Assembly: GCA_945787105.1 (NCBI GenBank)
Contig: CALZGZ010000040.1
Coordinates: 1-51,802 of the forward strand
Direction: 5' to 3'
From: an uncultured Gammaproteobacteria bacterium
GTDB taxonomy: Bacteria; Pseudomonadota; Gammaproteobacteria; Arenicellales; JAANXG01
DNA: 51,802 bases
The position numbers and the translations under genes are program-made. Shown here piece after piece: positions 27,554-36,036 of the stretch. Numbering within the stretch: position 1 is the stretch's first letter; each line of letters starts with the position of its first letter. Below the pieces are notes generated by a model. It saw only the letters and a list, made by a program, of their open reading frames with translations. It was not told the origin of the DNA and searched no databases.

Positions 27554-28831
27554 ATGAAAGAATCATTGTTTGAGCAAGCCAGACGGTATATCCCCGGTGG
27601 CGTTAATTCGCCGGTGCGGGCATTCAAAAGTGTTGGCGGCGAGCCGGTATATATCCATCGCGCTCAAGGCGCATATTTATGGGACGAGGATGACAACCGC
27701 TATATCGATTACGTCGGGTCGTGGGGACCAATGATCCTTGGCCATGCCCATCCTGACGTCATCGCCGCAGTCAAGTCGGCAGCGGATAAGGGGTTGAGTT
27801 TCGGCGCCCCCACTCAAGTAGAGACCGACATGGCCAAGATGATTTGTGACCAGATACCCTCGGTGGACAAGGTGCGCATGGTCAGTTCCGGTACCGAGGC
27901 AACGATGAGCGCAATTCGTTTGGCTCGTGGATACACCGGGCGCGATAAATTGGTGAAATTTGAGGGTTGTTATCATGGGCATGCGGATAGCCTGTTGGTT
28001 AAAGCCGGATCCGGGGCGCTAACGCTGGGCGTCCCGACCTCTCCCGGCGTGCCCAAATCGCTGGCGGCATACACCTTGACTCTCGATTACAACAACTTAC
28101 AAGAAGTACGCGAGGTCTTCGAGGACATCGGTGACCAGATCGCGGCAATCATCGTGGAACCGGTGGCGGGAAATATGAACTGCGTGCCGCCGGTCCCAGG
28201 TTTCCTCGAGGGGCTGCGTGAGCTTTGCGATCAACACGAAAGCGTACTCATTCTTGATGAGGTGATGACCGGGTTTCGGGTCGGATTGACCGGGGCACAA
28301 GGGCTGTACGACATTGAACCGGATCTGACCACGTTCGGAAAAATTATCGGGGGCGGCATGCCGGTGGGAGCTTTTGGTGGCCGTGCCGAGATCATGGATT
28401 TCATCGCACCTGACGGCCCCGTCTATCAAGCGGGGACACTCTCGGGCAACCCGGTGGCGATGGCCGCTGGTTTGGCCACTCTAAAGCTCATCTCAGAGCC
28501 GGGATTTTATGAACGCCTGAGCGAACAAACTGCGCGCCTGGTCACCGGCCTGAGCGCCGCTGCCGCGGAAATCGGTATCCCGCTTTGCACGCAAAATGTC
28601 GGCGCTATGTTCGGCATATTCTTTACCGAAGATGACGAGGTCACCCGTTTCCAGCAGGTCACCGCGTGCGACCTCGCGCGGTTCAAGCGCTTCTTTCACG
28701 GCATGCTGACCCGGGGTATTTATCTAGCACCTTCAGCATTTGAGGCCGGTTTTGTCTCCGCGGCCCATACCGAGCAGGACATCGACGCCACCTTGGAGGC
28801 GGCGCGTCAAGTGTTTCATCAGATCGCCTAG
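27554..28831 (+). CDS. hemL: Glutamate-1-semialdehyde 2,1-aminomutase
   Basis: 425 aa with [10 protein letters not shown] and the PLP-lysine region [18 protein letters not shown]. Confidence 0.96.
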   Translation: MKESLFEQARRYIPGGVNSPVRAFKSVGGEPVYIHRAQGAYLWDEDDNRYIDYVGSWGPMILGHAHPDVIAAVKSAADKGLSFGAPTQVETDMAKMICDQIPSVDKVRMVSSGTEATMSAIRLARGYTGRDKLVKFEGCYHGHADSLLVKAGSGALTLGVPTSPGVPKSLAAYTLTLDYNNLQEVREVFEDIGDQIAAIIVEPVAGNMNCVPPVPGFLEGLRELCDQHESVLILDEVMTGFRVGLTGAQGLYDIEPDLTTFGKIIGGGMPVGAFGGRAEIMDFIAPDGPVYQAGTLSGNPVAMAAGLATLKLISEPGFYERLSEQTARLVTGLSAAAAEIGIPLCTQNVGAMFGIFFTEDDEVTRFQQVTACDLARFKRFFHGMLTRGIYLAPSAFEAGFVSAAHTEQDIDATLEAARQVFHQIA

Positions 28832-28863
28832 ACGATCCAAGCGTCGCACGTAGTGAGTAGCGA

Positions 28864-30783
28864 CTAGGTGCCGATTACGCCGCCATCTTCCTTGGTCACC
28901 GCAACCACTGCCGGTCGTGGCGGATGATCCGGGCGGAAATCGGGCCAGCGCGTGGCGGGGTTTTTATAGGTCGACCCTTCGCCGGGATGTTGAATCGCAC
29001 AAAAGAAGGTCGTGTTATCGGGGGTGAAAAACGGTCCGCAGACCTCCGCCCCCACGGGCGCGCGTAGGAAATGCCGTGTTAACGCCCGCCCCGGACCGCT
29101 GACATCAGAGGCCCAAACCCCATCGGCAAGACCGTGCCGATTCGCGCCATCGGTGGCTATCCACAACCGGCCGTCACGGTCAAAAGTGCAATTATCTGGA
29201 CTAATCAGCCATCCGTTCTCGGAAACGTGATCGTGATAACGGGCGCCGTGGGCAGGATTTTCGGGATCACCCGCGAGCAGGAACAACTCCCAATGAAATT
29301 TCGGTGCACCGTGATCGCCGTCCGGGGGTATCAGCTCCAGGATATGGCCAAACCTATTGTGGGCACGTGGATTTGCGGCGTCCACTTCGGTGCGTATTCG
29401 AAGTTCGTTGGCGGCCAGCACCACGAACACCGAACCGGTCACGGGATTGACCGTCACGCTCTCCGGCCGATCCATCCGCGTGGCACCGACCAGATCAGCG
29501 GCTTTGCGCACATCGATAACGACGTCGGCCTGACTGTGGAATCCGTTACGCTTGGTGAACGGCTCGTGACCGAAAACCAACGGATGCCAAATCACCTTGC
29601 CCTCGGCGTCAAATTCGGCGACAGACAAGATCCCATCATCGAGCAAATCAAGGTTCGCCGGCTGACCCTTCGGGTCATACCGATCGCGGCTCACGAATCG
29701 GTAGACATACTCGTACTCCTGATCATCGCCCGTGTAGCAGACAACACGGCCATCGTTATTGATATGCACGCTGCAGCCTTCGTGTTTGCAACGACCCAAC
29801 GCGGTGCGCTTTTTTGGTATTGAGTGCGGATCAAAGGGGTCGACCTCGACTATCCACCCGGCGTGCAGTGGTTCGTTAGGATTTACTTCCAGGTTCCATC
29901 GCCGATAATGACGGCCCCAGGGCAAAATGAGCGGCGTATTGGACAGACCGAAACGCCGGTAGTTTTCCGCCTCCGGCAACCCATCAATGTCTCCGGCGAA
30001 ATAAAACTGTACGTTTTCCTCGGCGGTGAGCACCGTCCCCCAAGGGGTAACGCCACCGGAACAGTTTGCGTAGGTCCCCCAGGTAGTCACCCCGTCCGGC
30101 GAGAACCGCGTTTTCATCCGGCGGTGTCCCGCCGCAGGGCCGGAAAGACGCGTCTGGGTGACTGGGGTAATACGGCGGTTGAAGCCGGAATCGGTGATCA
30201 GGCGCCAGTCGCTTGCGGCACGTCGCAGCTCCACGATCGACATACCGTGAGCCATGATCTCCACTGCAACTTGCGGTGCTGAGCGCGAAAGTCGTCGGGG
30301 TGTGCCTGGAAACATCAAGCTGCCAAGTGTGTATTCGTGATTGACCGCCAACAGGCCGTGATCTGACGTTGAACCGCCGCGAGGAAGCGGCAGATAGGCG
30401 ACAAAATCATTGTTGTACCCGAACTGCAATCGCTGGGACTGCGCCGACTGTCGATAGGGATCGAAGGCCGGCGCGTTGGGGAACAACGGCTCTCCCCAGC
30501 GCAACAGGACCTGCGCGTGGTAACCCACCGGCACATGTAACCGGTCGTCGCGGCCACGGGGTACCTCGGCAAAGCGCAAACTTGACCCACCGCGCCCGGA
30601 TGTGTCCCGCGCCCACCCTGTATGGCTGGCGACCAGTCCCAGGACCGCGGCACCGGCCCCAAGTGTCTTTAGCGTCTGTCTTCGCGACAAACGTAATGTC
30701 AGGATATCGTAAAAGGTTGGTGCGGTATCAGGGCTGACGGGCCCATCGTCTGGGTCAAGTGGATGTCGGTAGGGAGCGGTCAT
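28864..30783 (-). CDS. phoX: PhoX-family (DUF839) secreted phosphatase with twin-arginine signal
   Basis: ATG 30783 gives 639 aa. The Tat motif is SRRQTLKTLGAGAAVLG. PhoX-like beta-propeller motifs are SPDNCTFDRDGRLWIATDG and FTPDNTTFFCAIQHPGE. The start overlaps the upstream stop (ATGA). Confidence 0.85.
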   Translation of the reverse strand: MTAPYRHPLDPDDGPVSPDTAPTFYDILTLRLSRRQTLKTLGAGAAVLGLVASHTGWARDTSGRGGSSLRFAEVPRGRDDRLHVPVGYHAQVLLRWGEPLFPNAPAFDPYRQSAQSQRLQFGYNNDFVAYLPLPRGGSTSDHGLLAVNHEYTLGSLMFPGTPRRLSRSAPQVAVEIMAHGMSIVELRRAASDWRLITDSGFNRRITPVTQTRLSGPAAGHRRMKTRFSPDGVTTWGTYANCSGGVTPWGTVLTAEENVQFYFAGDIDGLPEAENYRRFGLSNTPLILPWGRHYRRWNLEVNPNEPLHAGWIVEVDPFDPHSIPKKRTALGRCKHEGCSVHINNDGRVVCYTGDDQEYEYVYRFVSRDRYDPKGQPANLDLLDDGILSVAEFDAEGKVIWHPLVFGHEPFTKRNGFHSQADVVIDVRKAADLVGATRMDRPESVTVNPVTGSVFVVLAANELRIRTEVDAANPRAHNRFGHILELIPPDGDHGAPKFHWELFLLAGDPENPAHGARYHDHVSENGWLISPDNCTFDRDGRLWIATDGANRHGLADGVWASDVSGPGRALTRHFLRAPVGAEVCGPFFTPDNTTFFCAIQHPGEGSTYKNPATRWPDFRPDHPPRPAVVAVTKEDGGVIGT

Positions 30784-31304
30784 AACTGCGTGGTCGGGCC
30801 CCACCCAGCGAGTCCCCGATACTGTTCGCTGGCAAGCGCGGCGACCAACGACAGGAACTTGCGCTCGGGAAATTTGCCACTCTTGTTCAGCTTCATTTGT
30901 GCCGCCGCGTGTATCACCGCTGGATGAATGTCCTGGGCAGTCGCATTGTTTGCACTGGTTCGCACCCACTGCTCAAGCCGGTTGTGGCTAAACAAGTGCA
31001 TCAAAGCCACAAACCGCGCCATCGCGCTCTCGAATCGACGCTTGTCATCACCGAAATGATCCCGCAACGCCACCGCGGCCTTGACGTAGGGGCCATTGAC
31101 CGCGGCCGAGTCAGTGTTCGCAATCAACGGCTCGCGGTGTTGGCCGGCGTGAATTGCGGTCTCCACCAGCAACCCGAACTCATCCGGCGCAAAGATAGAT
31201 TCGTCGGCGGCGGCCATCATTAACTGTGATATTAACCGAGTTGCGGGAGGCCTGTCGGCACCCCCCAATCTGGCAGTATCCCCTGACCGGCACGGGCTGG
31301 GCAC
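30780..31304 (-). CDS. Hypothetical alpha-helical protein translationally coupled to phoX
   Basis: The ORF is open from GTG 31304, with alternative ATG ATG at 31220/31217. No signal peptide and no family recognised. Its stop overlaps the phoX start. Confidence 0.55.
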   Translation of the reverse strand: MPSPCRSGDTARLGGADRPPATRLISQLMMAAADESIFAPDEFGLLVETAIHAGQHREPLIANTDSAAVNGPYVKAAVALRDHFGDDKRRFESAMARFVALMHLFSHNRLEQWVRTSANNATAQDIHPAVIHAAAQMKLNKSGKFPERKFLSLVAALASEQYRGLAGWGPTTQL

Positions 31305-31334
31305 TGGTGCTGCCGGTCCGGTATTACTGCAAAG

Positions 31335-31991
31335 TCATTTCATGGCGTGCATATAGGCGGACACGTCTTTGATTTGCTGGTCGGACAACAAGAATGCGAT
31401 GCGGGTCATGATGTCACCATAGCTAAAACGTGCCCCGGCCTCAGGCGTTTCGTAGCTGGCCTTGAATGTCAACAACTGGTCCTCCAGGTATTTCCGATGT
31501 TGACCGGCGACCCGGGGATAACGTACGGGTACACCATGGCCCTGAGGTCCGTGACAGCTGATACATGGCGCAACTTGCAACGGGGCATAACCACCGCGAT
31601 ACAAGCGCTCGCCACGAAGCACCGCGTCTTTTTCTTCCTCTGTCACCAGGCCTGGTTTTATTTCCTGGTTGGAGTAGTAGGCATCGAGATCGGCAAGGTC
31701 TTGTTCCGACAGGCCGGCGGCCATCCCCATCATGATATCATTCTTGCGCTGGCCGGATTTAAACAGCGACAACTGAGCCGCGATATACCCGGACACTTGT
31801 CCAGCGAGGCTGGGATAGGCGGGATTGGCACTGTTGCCGTCCGCGCCGTGACAGCTTGCACACACCTTTGCCTTTTGCTTTCCGGCCTCAGCGTCGGCGG
31901 CGGGCAAGTCGAGGGGCGGTTCCAGGTGGCTGGCGTTACCCGCAAAGGAAAAGGACGCTAATACTGCAACAAAAGCTACTTGCTTGATCAT
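31335..31991 (-). CDS. cc4: Dihaem cytochrome c4
   Basis: Signal peptide MIKQVAFVAVLASFSFAGNA and two haem motifs, CASCHG and CISCHG. It is divergent from engB as in Pseudomonas. Confidence 0.92.
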   Translation of the reverse strand: MIKQVAFVAVLASFSFAGNASHLEPPLDLPAADAEAGKQKAKVCASCHGADGNSANPAYPSLAGQVSGYIAAQLSLFKSGQRKNDIMMGMAAGLSEQDLADLDAYYSNQEIKPGLVTEEEKDAVLRGERLYRGGYAPLQVAPCISCHGPQGHGVPVRYPRVAGQHRKYLEDQLLTFKASYETPEAGARFSYGDIMTRIAFLLSDQQIKDVSAYMHAMK

Positions 31992-32168
31992 AGACTACTC
32001 CACGTGAGGGACTCGAATACATACGCTCGGATCGACAACACTCGAGGAGATCGATACACAGCGCTCTAGGTCCGACCAACGCGGCGACCCATTGAGGCCC
32101 ATAGATTGCTGGGGTTTTTATATCATGTCACCGAGAGGGTCTCAATACCGCGAACCACCGCCGATATC

Positions 32169-32831
32169 ATGACTGACGAACCTATTCTGCCACCATTATT
32201 ACGCCACCCACAGTTCTTGATCAGCGCCCACAATGCTGATCAATGGCCGCCGGACCACGGCGCGGAAGTTGCGTTTGCGGGGCGATCAAATGTTGGGAAA
32301 TCCAGCGCTATCAATACCATTACCAGCCGGCGGGGCCTGGCGCGTACCAGCAAGATCCCAGGACGGACGCAGCAAATCGTTTTCTTCCGCCTCGACGACG
32401 ACCGTCGTTTGGTGGACTTGCCTGGGTATGGCTATGCGAAGGTGCCAGAATCACTGAGGCGGCATTGGGGTCACATGATCGAGCGATTTCTTGCCACGCG
32501 GTTGAGTCTTCGTGGCTTGATACTGCTCATGGACATTCGCCACCCGTTAACGGTGCTCGACCGTCAGATGTTGGGGTGGACTGAGAGCGCCGACTTGACA
32601 GTACACGTATTGGTGACCAAATCCGACAAACTCAGCCGTAGCAAGGCGCAGCAGTGCCTGCGGGAAGTAACGATACAACTCGGTGGTTTTTCTAACGCGG
32701 TTTCGGTGCAACTTTTCTCCTCACTAACACGAAGCGGTTGCACAACAGCGCGTGAAGTGTTATCGAAATGGCTGACGTGCACAGAAAGAAAAATGCCCCG
32801 GACGCAAGGGGAGGACATTCCGGGGCCATAA
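32169..32831 (+). CDS. engB: Ribosome biogenesis GTP-binding protein EngB/YihA
   Basis: G1 GRSNVGKSS, G3 DLPGYGYA and G4 TKSDK. ATG 32169 gives 220 aa. Confidence 0.92.
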   Translation: MTDEPILPPLLRHPQFLISAHNADQWPPDHGAEVAFAGRSNVGKSSAINTITSRRGLARTSKIPGRTQQIVFFRLDDDRRLVDLPGYGYAKVPESLRRHWGHMIERFLATRLSLRGLILLMDIRHPLTVLDRQMLGWTESADLTVHVLVTKSDKLSRSKAQQCLREVTIQLGGFSNAVSVQLFSSLTRSGCTTAREVLSKWLTCTERKMPRTQGEDIPGP

Positions 32832-33192
32832 ATGCTTCGATTCCGCGATGAACAGAATCTACCCGCTTAGGGAGGGCAAGCGGGAGGACAACTTCCACGT
32901 TATCCTGATTAATGAGACCAATCCTTCGAGAATAAGTTCCAAACCCAGTCGAGATTGTAAATAATCGCAACAAATCCAGCGGCCCTGCTGACGGCATGCT
33001 TCGAGTGGGGTTAATATGTCGTCGCGCAGAGCTGATTTCGATGGACGGTCGTCCGGGGTGGGGCGTCCCCCCAACAACATCCCCGAGCATCAGTATGATG
33101 CAAGTCCCGCCCCGGACTACCTATTTACAAACAATGGGTAGCACGGCATAGTTCTAGTCACAGCAAAAGCATATGTCTGCTATCCTTAAAAC

Positions 33193-34356
33193 GTGAAGTT
33201 CCCACCAATTGCTTATATAGTCATTGTCGCGCCACTGCTCTTGGTGGAGGCTTGCGCTACGTGGTCCCCGTCGGTTTCACCCCCGCCCGAAACGAAATCA
33301 TCGGATTCGACCACCCAACCGGATCGCTCGCCCAGCAGTGCGCCAGCGACCCCACAGACACCGAAACCTCGGCGGGTTGAAAAAGCGACTGCAACAACCG
33401 TTGAAAAAGCGGCGACGAAGACTCCTGAGCACATGCCCCAGGAGCGGAAACTCGAAACACCCACATTAACCGCCAAGGCAGATCCACGTATCCCCCAACC
33501 GACACCATTGTCACCAGATCAGCAACAACAGGTGTCCCAACTCTGCCATCGGGTCGCCAACAAACTCGCGAGCGTAAGTCTCAATGACTGCCTGTCAATG
33601 GATCTAAGACCGACGCAATACCATTCGGCAAACGAACTGCCTATATTGGTCCGCGAGTTTCCACCGATGTCCAATCGCGAGCCACTGGGGCGGGTACTTT
33701 TGATTGGCGGCACTCATGCTGACGAGTTGACTTCGATCAGCTCGGTATTCAAATGGATGCACAAATTGCACCGCTATCACACCGGACTGTTTCATTGGTA
33801 CATCACGCCGTTGCTCAATCCCGACGGGCTGCTGGTGAATAAATCGACGCGAACCAATGCTAACGGCATAGATTTGAATCGCAATCTTCCGACGCCGGAG
33901 TGGCAGCGGTTAAGTAGGGATTACTGGGTGAAAACCACCGGGCGTGATCCCCGCCGCTATCCTGGTGACACACCAGGCAGCGAACCGGAAACTCAATGGC
34001 TGGTCGAGGCAATCGACCGTTTCAGGCCGGACATAATTGTGAGTGTGCACGCGCCTCACGGTATCGTCGATTACGATGCGCTTGATCGCCGTTCAGCACC
34101 TCGCCGTATCGGCATTTTGCATCGAGACTTCCTCGGCACATTCCCCGGATCCCTGGGTAACTACGCGGGCGTCCACAAGGGTATTCCAGTGGTCACGCTG
34201 GAAATGCCGCACGCCTACGTGATGCCCAGTTCACAGCAAATCACCCATATGTGGGTTGATTTAGTGTATTGGCTGCAACGAAACGTGCCGAAGATCAGAA
34301 TGGCGAAAACCGGGCTAAACGGCCAGGCGCTATTGCCCCCAAGAGTGGGCAAGTGA
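33193..34356 (+). CDS. M14-family zinc carboxypeptidase/murein-peptide amidase-like lipoprotein
   Basis: Signal peptide ending VEAC, followed by a Pro/Thr/Ser-rich linker. M14 motifs are GGTHADE (HxxE), NPDG, NANGIDLNRN, PGSEPET and VSVHAPHG. Confidence 0.8.
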   Translation: MKFPPIAYIVIVAPLLLVEACATWSPSVSPPPETKSSDSTTQPDRSPSSAPATPQTPKPRRVEKATATTVEKAATKTPEHMPQERKLETPTLTAKADPRIPQPTPLSPDQQQQVSQLCHRVANKLASVSLNDCLSMDLRPTQYHSANELPILVREFPPMSNREPLGRVLLIGGTHADELTSISSVFKWMHKLHRYHTGLFHWYITPLLNPDGLLVNKSTRTNANGIDLNRNLPTPEWQRLSRDYWVKTTGRDPRRYPGDTPGSEPETQWLVEAIDRFRPDIIVSVHAPHGIVDYDALDRRSAPRRIGILHRDFLGTFPGSLGNYAGVHKGIPVVTLEMPHAYVMPSSQQITHMWVDLVYWLQRNVPKIRMAKTGLNGQALLPPRVGK

Positions 34357-34463
34357 TCTTTCCCTGACGAACCGCGACCCACGTATGTAACACGCCACCG
34401 TCCGGTGCGGTCCTGGCGCCAGTATTGCTGTTTTTGTCCCCGCGCCTGATAGTTATTGCTCAA

Positions 34464-34740
34464 CTAGCCCGCATATTGCACCAAGGATCGCGGATAATGG
34501 CGAAGGGATCGGGGCGACTGGTTTCCCCTGCTGCGCGGGGACGAGCGCCGCGCTGGAGCGAAATACATAGCCGTAGCTATGGGTTGAGTGAAGCGCAAAT
34601 CCAGGCGTTCGAGACCGAGCCAGGGCCGGGATAGGCGTAACTTCGAATACAAAACGTCGCACCGAACATTTATCGACTTCATTGTCGCCAACAAACTGTT
34701 AGGCCCTCTTTTCGCCGACTTGGTGCAATATGCGGGCTAG
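34464..34740 (-). mobile_element. MITE-like repeat, full-length copy B (277 bp), perfect 22-bp TIRs
   Basis: ctagcccgcatattgcaccaag (34464-34485) is the exact reverse complement of 34719-34740. The core 34546-34633 (inverted) matches copies A and C. It lies between convergent gene ends. Confidence 0.9.
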
Positions 34741-34867
34741 CACCGATCCAATTCCGCCGCCAGCATGCCGGTTCACCAGGCGCTGCTGATACCCGTTATC
34801 GGCATGCACCAACAACGCCCAGCTTAGAAAAACGGGCAACAGGCCCCAAACATGTCAACGGAAACTA

Positions 34868-35956
34868 TCAGCTCGTGCTGGTTTCACGAATGATCTTCCA
34901 GCCCTCTGCACCACGCTCCAGCACGAGCTTTTTGCGAGTGACATCGCTGAATGTATCGGATTGATAGGCCTGCAGGAACAAAACCGTAGCGGTGCGTCCA
35001 TTTACTGATGTATTGAAATCGGACAGCTCGATGTGGATTTGTTTCTTAGCGGTGATACGCAGTTTGCGATGCTGTTTCCATTGGTTTCGAGATAGACCGG
35101 CATTGGGACGAAATCGGGCACTGTAGAATGATAGGTATCGTCCAACTTCCCGGCGCGACCAGGCGGCGGCCCAGTTTTTGATGGTTGTTTCTAGTTCCCC
35201 GCGATCATCGCGGGCCGGTTTTGACCGTAATGCCACCCGCTTCGAATCAGGTGTGGCCGGGTTAATCGGCTTCCCGTTATTGGCTGCAATCGAGGGACGA
35301 CTGGCTACCTTGACGGGCTCGGTAATCGGTGGCGCCGGCTTGACTTTTGCGTCATCCGCGGACTCGCTGCCACCCGTTGACAAACTTGCCGGTGGCGACG
35401 CCTCGCCCCGGGCAACCACAGTTTTGGGAAGTGCCTCGGCAGACCAGGAAATCAACGTGCTCACCGTGCGGGGGTTGGGTTTTACCAACTCGCCATCCAA
35501 CAACAGCGCGTTCTTATAGGCCTGGCTCGCCATAGTTGCATGGAGATTATTCAGGCTTTCATAGACCTTGGCATAGATCGAGTGGGTGTTCAGTGCCGCT
35601 ACCAGCAGCTGCCGCGCCTTCTCGTACTGCTTACCGTTAACGTAGATGGCCGCGAGATTGACAAATGGTTCCGGCAGGTGAGGGTGCTCGCGAATCAGCC
35701 GCTCATAGATCTTGGCCGCCTCTCCCGGGCGGCCTGCCTTCTCCTGGGCGCGGGCCATTAAAAAAACCGCCCTGGGGTCCCCCGGCTTCCTAGTAACGTA
35801 GCGGTCGACATAGTTCAAAGCCAAACGGGTCTTGCCGGCATCGATCAGAACCTCGATATTATGCAGCTCCTGGTCGTCATCCACCGCTGCGGACGCGGTG
35901 ATCGTCACCAAACTAAGCAGGAGCAATGGAAGTCTAAACCATGTGGCTGTGGACAT
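34868..35956 (-). CDS. Secreted TPR protein with C-terminal NTF2-like (Cds6-type) domain
   Basis: Signal peptide MSTATWFRLPLLLLSLVTITASA, TPR-like N-half, low-complexity linker, and a C-terminal WAAAWSRREVGRYLSFYSARF...LVLERGAEGWKIIRE typical of Cds6/NTF2-like domains. Confidence 0.7.
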   Translation of the reverse strand: MSTATWFRLPLLLLSLVTITASAAVDDDQELHNIEVLIDAGKTRLALNYVDRYVTRKPGDPRAVFLMARAQEKAGRPGEAAKIYERLIREHPHLPEPFVNLAAIYVNGKQYEKARQLLVAALNTHSIYAKVYESLNNLHATMASQAYKNALLLDGELVKPNPRTVSTLISWSAEALPKTVVARGEASPPASLSTGGSESADDAKVKPAPPITEPVKVASRPSIAANNGKPINPATPDSKRVALRSKPARDDRGELETTIKNWAAAWSRREVGRYLSFYSARFRPNAGLSRNQWKQHRKLRITAKKQIHIELSDFNTSVNGRTATVLFLQAYQSDTFSDVTRKKLVLERGAEGWKIIRETSTS

Positions 35957-36036
35957 TGGTCGTCGATTTACCGTTTCTCGATTGCAGTCATGATCTGTTT
36001 GATATGCGTCGGTACTTTCCGTACGACGCGAACGCT

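Noticed and set aside
31221-31334. Pho box upstream of the phoX-associated ORF.
   Set aside because: Only a single CTGTGAT-like heptamer is present (around 31224). There is no second direct repeat at 11-bp periodicity.
34464-34485. The TIRs contain TGCACCA / TGGTGCA, which resemble NtrC half-sites.
   Set aside because: The two halves are about 250 bp apart (about 40 bp in the mini copy), not the ~3-5-nt spacing of a real NtrC dyad. The match is probably coincidental.
34453-34662. A conserved peptide apparently encoded by the MITE copies (..[24 protein letters not shown]..). It is open in the same frame in copies A, B and C.
   Set aside because: No conserved start codon or SD. Codon-by-codon comparison of copies A and C gave about 5 synonymous versus about 18 non-synonymous changes. 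That means no purifying selection at the protein level, and the similarity simply mirrors nucleotide identity.
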